This document shows, in pieces, positions 1 to 7,189 of a DNA stretch of 24,000 bases. Position numbers and translations under genes: made by a program. Under the pieces are notes generated by a model. The model had not been told where the DNA came from and searched no databases. It was given only the letters and a program-made list of their open reading frames with translations. This stretch comes from Peptacetobacter hiranonis. GTDB taxonomy: Bacteria; Bacillota; Clostridia; Peptostreptococcales; Peptostreptococcaceae. The stretch spans positions 1,886,019 to 1,910,018 of the forward strand of contig NZ_CP036523.1 of the NCBI RefSeq assembly GCF_008151785.1, written 5' to 3'. Numbering within the stretch: the stretch's first letter is position 1; each line of letters opens with the position of its first letter.

Positions 1-661
1 CTTTCTTAGCTTCTGCTCTAAGTATAGCTGACTGTTTTTCACCTTCTGCCTGAAGGATAGATGCAGATTTATTACCTTCTGCCTGAAGTATTGCTTCTCT
101 TCTTTCACGTTCAGCTCTCATCTGTTTTTCCATTGCAACCTGTATATCATGAGGAGGCATTATATTTTTAAGTTCTACTCGATTTACTTTTATACCCCAT
201 TTATCAGTAGCTTCATCTAATATAGTTCTCATCTTAGCATTGATTATATCTCTTGAAGTAAGAGTTTCATCAAGGTCTAATTCACCTATTATATTTCTTA
301 AAGTAGTAGCTGTTAAATTTTCTATAGCTGATATAGGATTAGCTATTTCGAATACATACTTAACCGGATCAGTTACCTTATAATAAACTACTGTATCTAT
401 CTGCATAGTAACATTGTCCTTTGTGATAACTGGCTGTGGTGGGAAATCAACAACTAATTCTCTAAGGTCTATAATATACGCCATTCTATCTATAAATGGT
501 ACTAAGAAGTGAACTCCTGTTTTAGCTTCTTTTCTAAATTTTCCAAGTCTCATTATAATACCGACTTTTGACTGTTTTATAACCTTTACACAAGAAAGAG
601 CTATAAGTACAACAGCTACAATTAGTACTAAATTTATTATCGTTTTTACTACTCCTGTCAT
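1..661 (-). CDS. SPFH/band-7 (stomatin/prohibitin-like, QmcA/YbbK-type) membrane protein; its C-terminal part runs off the left edge of the window
   Basis: Absent from the ORF track because the frame is open to position 1. ATG at 661-659 lies 7 nt after a GGAGG. The translation is MTGVVKTIINLVLIVAVVLIALSCVKVIKQSKVGIIMRLGKFRKEAKTGVHFLVPFIDRM...KVNRVELKNIMPPHDIQVAMEKQMRAERERREAILQAEG... This shows an N-terminal TM anchor, an SPFH core and an Ala/Glu-rich coiled-coil tail. It sits directly downstream of an NfeD gene, its canonical partner. Confidence 0.85.
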   Translation of the reverse strand, partial: MTGVVKTIINLVLIVAVVLIALSCVKVIKQSKVGIIMRLGKFRKEAKTGVHFLVPFIDRMAYIIDLRELVVDFPPQPVITKDNVTMQIDTVVYYKVTDPVKYVFEIANPISAIENLTATTLRNIIGELDLDETLTSRDIINAKMRTILDEATDKWGIKVNRVELKNIMPPHDIQVAMEKQMRAERERREAILQAEGNKSASILQAEGEKQSAILRAEAKK

Positions 662-719
662 AATGACACCTCCATTAATCTATTCCTTTTATATGTTTTT
701 AGATAATCTAAAATACAAA

Positions 720-1154
720 CTACTTAGTTACAACTAACTTAACACCATCTATTCTAACTACTTTTACTTTTTCACCCTTTTTATAAGTTACTTCTTTTTC
801 AGACACAGCTGTCCATTTTTCCCCTTCTAAATTTACTATCCCATATGCAATATTTGATACATCTTTTTCCACAATAGCATATTTTCCAATAAGGGCATCT
901 ATATTAGTATTAGAAATATAGCTTTCGTCTTTTTTTACCATTAATTTTGTAGCTATAAAAAGCATTATACTTGAACTAACTCCAAATATTACTACCTGCA
1001 TAGGAATACTTTCAATATAAGTAGTTAAAAACATAGTGGCTAATGCTCCAAAACTAAACCAGATTAATGTAAGTCCCGCTGTAAACATCTCTCCTATTCC
1101 AAATATAACGGCAACCGCTAACCAAACTAGCTTTATATTTATTCCTAAAAGCAT
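720..1154 (-). CDS. NfeD-family membrane protein (YbbJ-like), partner of the SPFH protein
   Basis: 144 aa with three or four N-terminal hydrophobic helices, then a C-terminal soluble OB-like NfeD segment (GKYAIVEKDVSNIAYGIVNLEGEKWTAVSEKEVTYKKGEKVKVVRIDGVKLVVTK). The nfeD-SPFH gene order is classical. Confidence 0.8.
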   Translation of the reverse strand: MLLGINIKLVWLAVAVIFGIGEMFTAGLTLIWFSFGALATMFLTTYIESIPMQVVIFGVSSSIMLFIATKLMVKKDESYISNTNIDALIGKYAIVEKDVSNIAYGIVNLEGEKWTAVSEKEVTYKKGEKVKVVRIDGVKLVVTK

Positions 1155-1325
1155 ATATACTCCCTCCTTTCAAGAATTATACTTTTTTTAATTGCTTTAT
1201 CGTTTTCTTTTTTCTTATTATAGTACATATTTTGTTTTCAATGATTACAAAAAAGTATCAAATTTTTCTAATTTTAATTAATTTTTTCAATTTTGTAATT
1301 TTTTCTTCTCGATTTACAACTTTAT

Positions 1326-2837
1326 TTACAATATTTCAAATTCTTTCATTATATACGGAATTTTTTCTATAATATCAGTAGCATTAACAGTGTATTTTTC
1401 TTCAGCTATTTTGTCACCGATATATCCATGTAAATAAGCACCTACTACAGCTGCTTCAAATAAATTCATTCTTTGTCCTGCTAACGATGTTATTATACCT
1501 GTTAGGCAATCTCCCATTCCACCATTTGCCATGGCACTATTTCCAGTCATATTTATATATGTAGTATATCCATCTGTTATAACTGTTCTATTTCCTTTTA
1601 AAAGTACTATTGATTTAAGGTTTCTAGCTGCTTCCTTAGCTGCATCTATCCTATTTTCATTTATATACTCCATAGAAAATCCTGTTATTCTTGATAATTC
1701 TGCTGGATGTGGAGTGATTAAAGTCTCAACATTACTATTTTTTAAAATATCTTTATTGTTTTTTAAGCTGTTTATTCCATCTGCATCTATAATCACAGGA
1801 CATTTTACTATTTTTAAAATCTCCTCTAATATATTTAAAGTTGTTTTATTATCTCCCATACCAGGACCAATTCCTATAGCATTACTATTTTCAATAAGCT
1901 TTTTCACTCGTTCCTCTTCAGAATAGTTTACTGTCATAGCCTCCGTAAAAACTGTGCATAGTTTTTCTTGAACATCTTCATCACTTATAAGAGTAACCAG
2001 TCCACTTCCAGTTTTTACTGCTGATTCAGTCGCAATCTTGGCTGCTCCATAAAAACCTCTACTTCCTGCCACTATGCTAACTCTTCCAAAATTTCCTTTA
2101 TGTGCGTTTTTATCCTTTTTATTTATAAATCTTGCAATTTCACTTTTATCCATTATAAATTCACCATTATGAAATTTATCTTTTATAAATTTAGGTACTC
2201 CTATTTCTTCTACAACAATCTCTCCTGTATATTCATCTGACCTATAGTTTAAAAATCCCCTTTTATAAAATTCGAAACTTATAGTTTTATATGCTTTTAC
2301 AGCAATGCCTCTTATTTCACCTATATCGCTATCTAATCCAGATGATATATCTATAGCATATGTTTTTTTAGAAAATCTATTAATTAAATCTATAGCCTCT
2401 GCAAAAATTCCTCCAACATCTCTCTTTAAACCAGTTCCAAATATAGCATCTACACAAGCATCTGAATTTTTTAAAGCTTCTTCTAGATCTATCCTATTTT
2501 TATCATCTAAAAATCTAAGATTTACACCCATATTCTCAAGAATTTTAAAATTAATTAAAGAGCACTCAGTCAATTTTTCTTTTTTTCCAACCAAAAATAC
2601 TTCTACTTTCTTTCCTATTACAGAAAGTTTTCTAGCTATTCCAAGTCCATCTCCACCATTATTCCCAACTCCACATACAAGCGTATAAGAGTTATTTTCA
2701 TCTATATCTAAATTTTTAATCGCTGAATTTACAGCATTTTCCATCATTACAATTAATGGAATTTCAAGCTCTGTTACACACGCATTATCCATATTTTTAG
2801 TAAGATTAGAAGTTCCTACTAACATCAAAATCACCAA
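1326..2837 (-). CDS. nnr: Bifunctional NAD(P)H-hydrate repair enzyme (N-terminal epimerase, C-terminal ADP-dependent dehydratase)
   Basis: 503 aa. The YjeF-N motif GVGNNGGDGLGIARKL is in the N half. The carbohydrate-kinase-like C half contains HKGNFGRVSIVAGSRGFYGAAKIA, GPGMG and GGMGDCLTGIITSL. The start is uncertain: GTG at 2837 or ATG at 2825. Confidence 0.9.
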   Translation of the reverse strand: MVILMLVGTSNLTKNMDNACVTELEIPLIVMMENAVNSAIKNLDIDENNSYTLVCGVGNNGGDGLGIARKLSVIGKKVEVFLVGKKEKLTECSLINFKILENMGVNLRFLDDKNRIDLEEALKNSDACVDAIFGTGLKRDVGGIFAEAIDLINRFSKKTYAIDISSGLDSDIGEIRGIAVKAYKTISFEFYKRGFLNYRSDEYTGEIVVEEIGVPKFIKDKFHNGEFIMDKSEIARFINKKDKNAHKGNFGRVSIVAGSRGFYGAAKIATESAVKTGSGLVTLISDEDVQEKLCTVFTEAMTVNYSEEERVKKLIENSNAIGIGPGMGDNKTTLNILEEILKIVKCPVIIDADGINSLKNNKDILKNSNVETLITPHPAELSRITGFSMEYINENRIDAAKEAARNLKSIVLLKGNRTVITDGYTTYINMTGNSAMANGGMGDCLTGIITSLAGQRMNLFEAAVVGAYLHGYIGDKIAEEKYTVNATDIIEKIPYIMKEFEIL

Positions 2838-2915
2838 TCTTTCTATTTTATTTTTTTATATTCTACTTCTCAAGGATATTTTAACATTTTTCTTTAATTA
2901 TTTTAATAATTCTAA

Positions 2916-3974
2916 TTAATCATCATCTTCTTCATCGTCATCATTATTCTCGCTATTATAATCATTATCGTCACTATCATCGTCATCATCAGTGTTATTT
3001 CTACTTGAATCTTTTTCTTTTATCTCTTCTCTATCGTTGTCGTCATCTTTATAATCATTTACAGAATTATTGTTTTTACTGTTATTTGAGCGTGCTTTAT
3101 TTTTATAATAGTCCTCTATCTCGTCTATATCATCATCGTCATCATCTTCATAACCTTCGCTTCTATCCTCTAGCTCATCTAGTATCTCCTCTCTCAAATA
3201 AGCATATTTACCGTCTTTTAACATTTGGTTAAGCTTATCTATTGTCATACCTTCAATATCGTCCTCTTCTATCATCTGCATCGCTGCATATTCACCCATT
3301 GAAATTTCAGTATTTTTATTCTGCTGTATCTTATTTTTAGCTACTCTTATATACATAATATTTAAACCTTTAAACTTCTGGCTTATCAATTTTTTTATTT
3401 CTTTTTCGTAAGCTATATCGTCAGCACCTTCAAAACAAAGTGCTACCAATACTCTTCCATTTTTATTATTTTTAGAATCTTGTTTTATCTGTTTATAAAG
3501 CTGATCTAAGACTACAGCAAAGTCGTCATCATCTGATATATTCAAGTTTCCGTTTATTAATGATGCAGAATTTACTTTTTTATTTTTATCAAGATTTAGC
3601 TCTAAACTACTTCCATTTTCATCAAATGATACAGTAGCATAAGACTTAGGAGATGATGTATATATCACAGTCCCCACAATAATAGCTATTGTTGCAGCTA
3701 CTGTTACCAATCTTTTATAAACTGTACTCATCTTCTTTTTATTTCTTTCCTTTTTTTCATTGAAATCTATAACATTAGATTTTTCCTGATTTTCTTCCTT
3801 TTCAGTATCTACAATACTACTTTCATCAGCATTATATAAATCTTCTTCTAAGAAATATATCTTGTCACCGACATTCATTCCTTCTTTATTTTTTATTCTT
3901 AAAAATTCTGATTCGTTGGTAACAACTATCGAATATTCGTCCTTAATCTCTATAATAATTCCTTTATATAGCAT
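2916..3974 (-). CDS. rsgI: Anti-sigma-I factor, RsgI-like: N-terminal RsgI domain, one TM helix, extracytoplasmic domain, poly-acidic tail
   Basis: The N-terminus MLYKGIIIEIKDEYSIVVTNESEFLRIKNKEGMNVGDKIYF matches the RsgI N-terminal anti-sigma domain pattern. There is a single TM helix (LVTVAATIAIIVGTVIYT). I place the start at ATG 3974 (SD GGGGAGA upstream) rather than the track start 3998, which overlaps sigI. The gene begins 2 nt after the sigI stop. Confidence 0.7.
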   Translation of the reverse strand: MLYKGIIIEIKDEYSIVVTNESEFLRIKNKEGMNVGDKIYFLEEDLYNADESSIVDTEKEENQEKSNVIDFNEKKERNKKKMSTVYKRLVTVAATIAIIVGTVIYTSSPKSYATVSFDENGSSLELNLDKNKKVNSASLINGNLNISDDDDFAVVLDQLYKQIKQDSKNNKNGRVLVALCFEGADDIAYEKEIKKLISQKFKGLNIMYIRVAKNKIQQNKNTEISMGEYAAMQMIEEDDIEGMTIDKLNQMLKDGKYAYLREEILDELEDRSEGYEDDDDDDIDEIEDYYKNKARSNNSKNNNSVNDYKDDDNDREEIKEKDSSRNNTDDDDDSDDNDYNSENNDDDEEDDD

Positions 3975-3976
3975 AA

Positions 3977-4645
3977 TTATCTCCCCTTCTTTATCCACAG
4001 TTTTAAATTTCTATATCCTCTAAAGAGTATAATTATAACTGTTATAATAAACAACTTGCTCTTTCTAATCACTTTTTCGCTTACATCAAACCTATCAGAC
4101 ATATTTTTTATAGGTAATCTCTTTTTCATAAACATGAAATCTGTTATATCTTTTTCTTTACTAGATTTTTCAGATATGTCTATTGCTTTTTCTCTAGTAT
4201 CTTTATGCTTTGGAGCCTCATTTACAAGTTCTTCAAAACCAAATCCAAATTCCTCTATTTCTTCTTTTAATTGATTTATCTCGTTTATAGTAAACTCTCT
4301 ATTCAAATCCTCTTTGTCGTGATCTTCTAAATTCTCTACTAAGTCAGTTCCCTTTTCTTTATATTCTTCTATAGATTTATTTTTACTGTACTTGTTCTCT
4401 TTTTCAAAGAAATTTTTCAATCTGCTCTCGATTACTAACCTAGAAAAAGCATAAAAATCTCCTTTTTCTTCTTTGTATTTTTCTATAGCTTCTACAAAAG
4501 CTATCATACCTATGCTGTATTCGTCATCATTTTCTATAGACACATACCTTCCTGTGAATTTACTTATACAAGAAATTATAAATGGTATATGTTTTTCTAT
4601 AAATTCTTCGCTTACCCGAATTTCCTTTGTTTTTATATTTTCCAT
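3977..4645 (-). CDS. sigI: RNA polymerase sigma factor, SigI family
   Basis: 222 aa. The sigma-70 region-2-like segment (YSIGMIAFVEAIEKYKEEKGDFYAFSRLVIESRLKNFF) and the SigI-type C-terminal domain (RLPIKNMSDRFDVSEKVIRKSKLFIITVIIIL) are present. It lies immediately upstream of an RsgI-type gene. Confidence 0.75.
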   Translation of the reverse strand: MENIKTKEIRVSEEFIEKHIPFIISCISKFTGRYVSIENDDEYSIGMIAFVEAIEKYKEEKGDFYAFSRLVIESRLKNFFEKENKYSKNKSIEEYKEKGTDLVENLEDHDKEDLNREFTINEINQLKEEIEEFGFGFEELVNEAPKHKDTREKAIDISEKSSKEKDITDFMFMKKRLPIKNMSDRFDVSEKVIRKSKLFIITVIIILFRGYRNLKLWIKKGR

Positions 4646-4917
4646 ATAATCCTACCTTCTCTATTCCAAAAATAATTTCTAAACAAAATATTTTAATAAA
4701 TTTTCTATTTTTCTTTTTATTATATAATACAATAAATTTTCAGAATTTAGGTAAGTTTTATATTACAAATAAAATCAAATTATATAAATTTTTCCATCAA
4801 ATTTTAAATTTTTTTAACATCGCTAAACACTAGTATTTTCAATGTTTATATTTTCTATTTTTATCAATAAAATATATCAAATTTTCTAAAAACTTCAAAA
4901 AATTTTAAATTTTATTG

Positions 4918-4946
4918 TTGACAGAAAAAAATCTCTGAGCTACAAT
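4918..4946 (+). promoter_or_regulatory. Sigma-A type promoter of the ABC importer leader (TTGACA-17 nt-TACAAT)
   Basis: TTGACA at 4918-4923, exactly 17 nt of spacer, TACAAT at 4941-4946. The predicted TSS is near 4953. Confidence 0.65.
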
Positions 4947-4971
4947 AGGAACCATAGAAAATGAACTACAA

Positions 4972-4986
4972 AATTTTCAGAAAAAT
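4972..4986 (+). promoter_or_regulatory. CodY-box-like operator (AATTTTCAGAAAAAT)
   Basis: 14 of 15 matches to the Firmicute CodY consensus AATTTTCWGAAAATT. It sits about 20-35 nt downstream of the predicted TSS of an amino-acid-type importer operon. A weaker box (13/15) lies at 4880-4894, upstream of the -35. Confidence 0.35.
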
Positions 4987-5044
4987 ATTTTAAATTTTTA
5001 ATTATTAAACGAAGAAGAATTATTAAGGAAAAGGAGAGAACGTT

Positions 5045-5095
5045 ATGAAGACTTTAAAGAATAAACAGAGACGATTTTATTATAGCCACTATTAG
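5045..5095 (+). CDS. Leader peptide 1, 16 codons, MKTLKNKQRRFYYSHY (3 Tyr in the last 5 codons)
   Basis: GGAG at 5033-5036 lies exactly 8 nt before ATG 5045; the stop TAG is at 5093-5095. Tyr codons are at 5078-5083 and 5090-5092. The ORF end overlaps an RNA segment that can pair downstream. It is followed by two intrinsic terminators and then the permease gene. Confidence 0.55.
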   Translation: MKTLKNKQRRFYYSHY

Positions 5096-5210
5096 ATCGG
5101 TTTGTATCGATTCGATGCGAATAGGTACAGGCCGTTGGGATTTTTACGACTGTATCTATGTTGGCTAAGTTTCGATTTGTTTGTTTTGTAAAGTTTTTAT
5201 AAAATATATC

Positions 5211-5244
5211 GGCCACATAGAGCGAATACTATGTGGCTTTTTTT
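5211..5244 (+). terminator. Leader 1 intrinsic terminator A
   Basis: GCCACATAG (5212-5220) / CTATGTGGC (5229-5237), an 8-nt loop, then T7. Confidence 0.75.
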
Positions 5245-5282
5245 AATATATTTATATATAAATTATTTTTATATGAATATTT

Positions 5283-5321
5283 AGGCCGCATAGAAATCTA
5301 AACTATGCGGCCTTTATTTTT
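5283..5321 (+). terminator. Leader 1 intrinsic terminator B (tandem)
   Basis: AGGCCGCATAG (5283-5293) / CTATGCGGCCT (5303-5313), a 9-nt loop, then TTATTTTT. Confidence 0.75.
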
Positions 5322-5395
5322 ACAATTTTTTACTTTGAAAGTTTAGTTATTAAAAATAAAAATCAAAAAAGTTTTTAAAAGGAGTGTTTAAATTT

Positions 5396-6235
5396 ATGAT
5401 TTCAGTAGTTACACAAAGTTTAATTTTAGCAATTATGGCGATTGGGGTATACATTACCTTCAAAATACTAGACTTCCCAGATATGACAGCAGATGGAAGT
5501 TACACAATGGGAGCTGCAATATCAGCAGCAGCACTTGCGGGAGGATTAAATCCACTAGTTGGAGTTTTACTTGCAGTAGTTGGAGGAGCTTTAGCAGGAA
5601 TGGTTACAGGTCTTCTTCACATAAAAGTAAAAATCTCAAATCTATTATCAGGAATACTAACAATGGGGATGCTTTACTCAATAAATCTTAGAATAATGGG
5701 AAAATCAAATATACCACTATTCACATTCCCTAATCTATTCAAAGGTAATATACCTCCAGTAGTAATAGCACTTATATTCGTATTAATAGCAAAAATATTA
5801 CTTGATCTATTCTTAAAAACAGGACTTGGATACACATTAAAAGGTGTTGGAGATAATGAACAGATGATAAAATCACTTGGAATAAACATAGGAAATATAA
5901 AAATATTAGGACTTATGATATCAAATGCTTTAATAGCATTATCTGGTGCTCTAATGGCACAGTTCCAAGGATTTGCAGACGTAACAATGGGAATTGGTAC
6001 CCTAGTACTTGGTATAGCATCAATAATAATCGGACTTACATTATTCAAAAAAATCAGAGCTGTAAAAGCTACAACAGCAATACTAATAGGTGCTTTCATC
6101 TACCAGTTCACTATCTACTTCGCACTAAACTTAGGAATGCTTTCTACAGATTTAAAACTTATAAGCTCACTTGTAATCGTTACATTCTTAGCAGTTGGTA
6201 ATCTTCAGTTAAAAAAGAAAGCTGAAAGTAAATAA
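5396..6235 (+). CDS. ABC importer permease (COG4120-type, branched-chain-permease-like fold)
   Basis: Highly hydrophobic multi-TM protein (MISVVTQSLILAIMAIGVYITFKILDFPDMTADGSYTMGAAISAAALAGG...). I prefer ATG 5396 over the track's GTG 5384, because GTG 5384 overlaps the SD AAAGGAG (5378-5384). It is followed by the cognate ATPase and SBP genes. Confidence 0.85.
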   Translation: MISVVTQSLILAIMAIGVYITFKILDFPDMTADGSYTMGAAISAAALAGGLNPLVGVLLAVVGGALAGMVTGLLHIKVKISNLLSGILTMGMLYSINLRIMGKSNIPLFTFPNLFKGNIPPVVIALIFVLIAKILLDLFLKTGLGYTLKGVGDNEQMIKSLGINIGNIKILGLMISNALIALSGALMAQFQGFADVTMGIGTLVLGIASIIIGLTLFKKIRAVKATTAILIGAFIYQFTIYFALNLGMLSTDLKLISSLVIVTFLAVGNLQLKKKAESK

Positions 6236-6343
6236 AAATATAAATAAACAAAAGAAAAAAATATGTAACAAAATAAATCAAATAATAAAATACAGAATAA
6301 TCAATATTTTCAAATATTTATATCACTAAAAGGAGAGATAAAA

Positions 6344-7099
6344 ATGCTACAGCTAAAAAAAATAACTAAAACCTTCCCAAATCCATGTGGAGATGATAAT
6401 ACAGTTTTAAACAAACTTTCAATAGATATACCAGACGGAGAATTTGTATGCATCGTAGGAAGTAATGGTACTGGTAAATCCACTTTATTAAATATAATCT
6501 CTGGATTATTAAAAGAAACATCAGGACAGATTTTATTAGATGGAACAGATATTAGTAATCTTCCTGAACACAAAAAAACTCAGGTAATCAGTAGAGTTTT
6601 CCAAAATCCTAGCTTAGGAACTTGCCCTTCAATGACAGTTAGAGAAAATCTTTCTCTAGCATTAAATAAAGGGAAACTTTTAAATCTTAGAAAATGTCTA
6701 AGACATACAGATGATACACTTGAATCTTTATTAGAAGGTATATCACTTGATTTAAAAAAATTCCTTGATACACAGGTTCAGTTCTTATCTGGTGGACAAA
6801 GACAGTCATTATCGCTAATAATGTCTTGTCTAGCAGATCCAAAGGTACTACTACTTGACGAACATACAGCAGCACTAGATCCAAAAACATCAAATGAAGT
6901 AATAGCTCTTACTAACGACATAGTTAGAAAGAAAAACATAACTACACTTATGGTTACTCATAATCTTAAACACGCTCTAGAATACGGAGATAGACTTGTT
7001 ATGCTACACAAAGGAGAAATTGTAATGGATGTTACTGGCGAAGATAAAAAAAATATGACTGTTGAAGATATTTTAGAAAAATTCGAATACGCTGTATAA
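6344..7099 (+). CDS. ABC importer ATP-binding protein (COG1101-type)
   Basis: Walker A GSNGTGKST, ABC signature LSGGQRQ, Walker B LLLDEHTAALD and H-loop VTHN are all present. The SD AAAGGAGAG precedes the ATG. Confidence 0.9.
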   Translation: MLQLKKITKTFPNPCGDDNTVLNKLSIDIPDGEFVCIVGSNGTGKSTLLNIISGLLKETSGQILLDGTDISNLPEHKKTQVISRVFQNPSLGTCPSMTVRENLSLALNKGKLLNLRKCLRHTDDTLESLLEGISLDLKKFLDTQVQFLSGGQRQSLSLIMSCLADPKVLLLDEHTAALDPKTSNEVIALTNDIVRKKNITTLMVTHNLKHALEYGDRLVMLHKGEIVMDVTGEDKKNMTVEDILEKFEYAV

Positions 7100-7189
7100 C
7101 AAAATTTACCAGACTCAAATATTATTAAAAAACTAAAAAAATACCAACCAAACCAAACTAAAAAATACTAAAAATCGGAGGACACTATT

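Noticed and set aside
1531-2688. Plus-strand ORFs 1531-1926 and 2305-2688, antisense to nnr
   Set aside because: These are shadow ORFs on the opposite strand of a well-supported gene. Their composition is low-complexity and rich in Phe/Ile/Ser/Leu, typical of antisense frames in AT-rich DNA. The same reasoning applies to 3005-3232, 4056-4274, 4627-4833, 5674-6099, 6310-6573, 6687-6893, 9082-9264, 11974-12324, 12551-12736, 13067-13279, 14844-15047, 16520-16711, 17137-17349, 17957-18160, 21391-21627 and 22123-22416.
3975-3998. Longer N-terminal extensions given by the ORF track for rsgI (3998), the HD gene (18414), the unknown membrane protein (19367), the ECF sigma (20490), ddh (21665), the vWA gene (22518) and the permease (5384)
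   Set aside because: In each case an internal ATG has a properly spaced SD and matches the conserved family N-terminus. The extended start either has no SD or overlaps the SD itself.
4735-4749. CodY-like box AATTTTCAGAATTTA upstream of sigI
   Set aside because: It has only 12 of 15 matches. That level is expected by chance in DNA this AT-rich, and the site has no positional support.
4646-4917. SigI-type autoregulatory promoter upstream of sigI
   Set aside because: I looked on the minus strand for the CCC-type -35 and CGWA-type -10 reported for SigI promoters and found no convincing match. Several weak sigma-A-like hexamers have wrong spacing, so no promoter is called.
4961-4993. Another mini-ORF in leader 1 (MNYKIFRKIF)
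   Set aside because: It has no Shine-Dalgarno sequence upstream, no counterpart in leader 2, and overlaps the CodY-like box. It is probably not translated.
4953-5330. T-box riboswitch (the usual Firmicute way to regulate amino-acid transporters) as the explanation for the long leaders
   Set aside because: I could not find the conserved T-box sequence (AANNNGGGTGGNACCGCG-like) in either leader, nor an AGAGA/GNUGGNA stem I element set or a specifier-loop layout. A translatable SD-preceded mini-ORF is present instead. A covariance-model scan (Rfam RF00230) would settle this.
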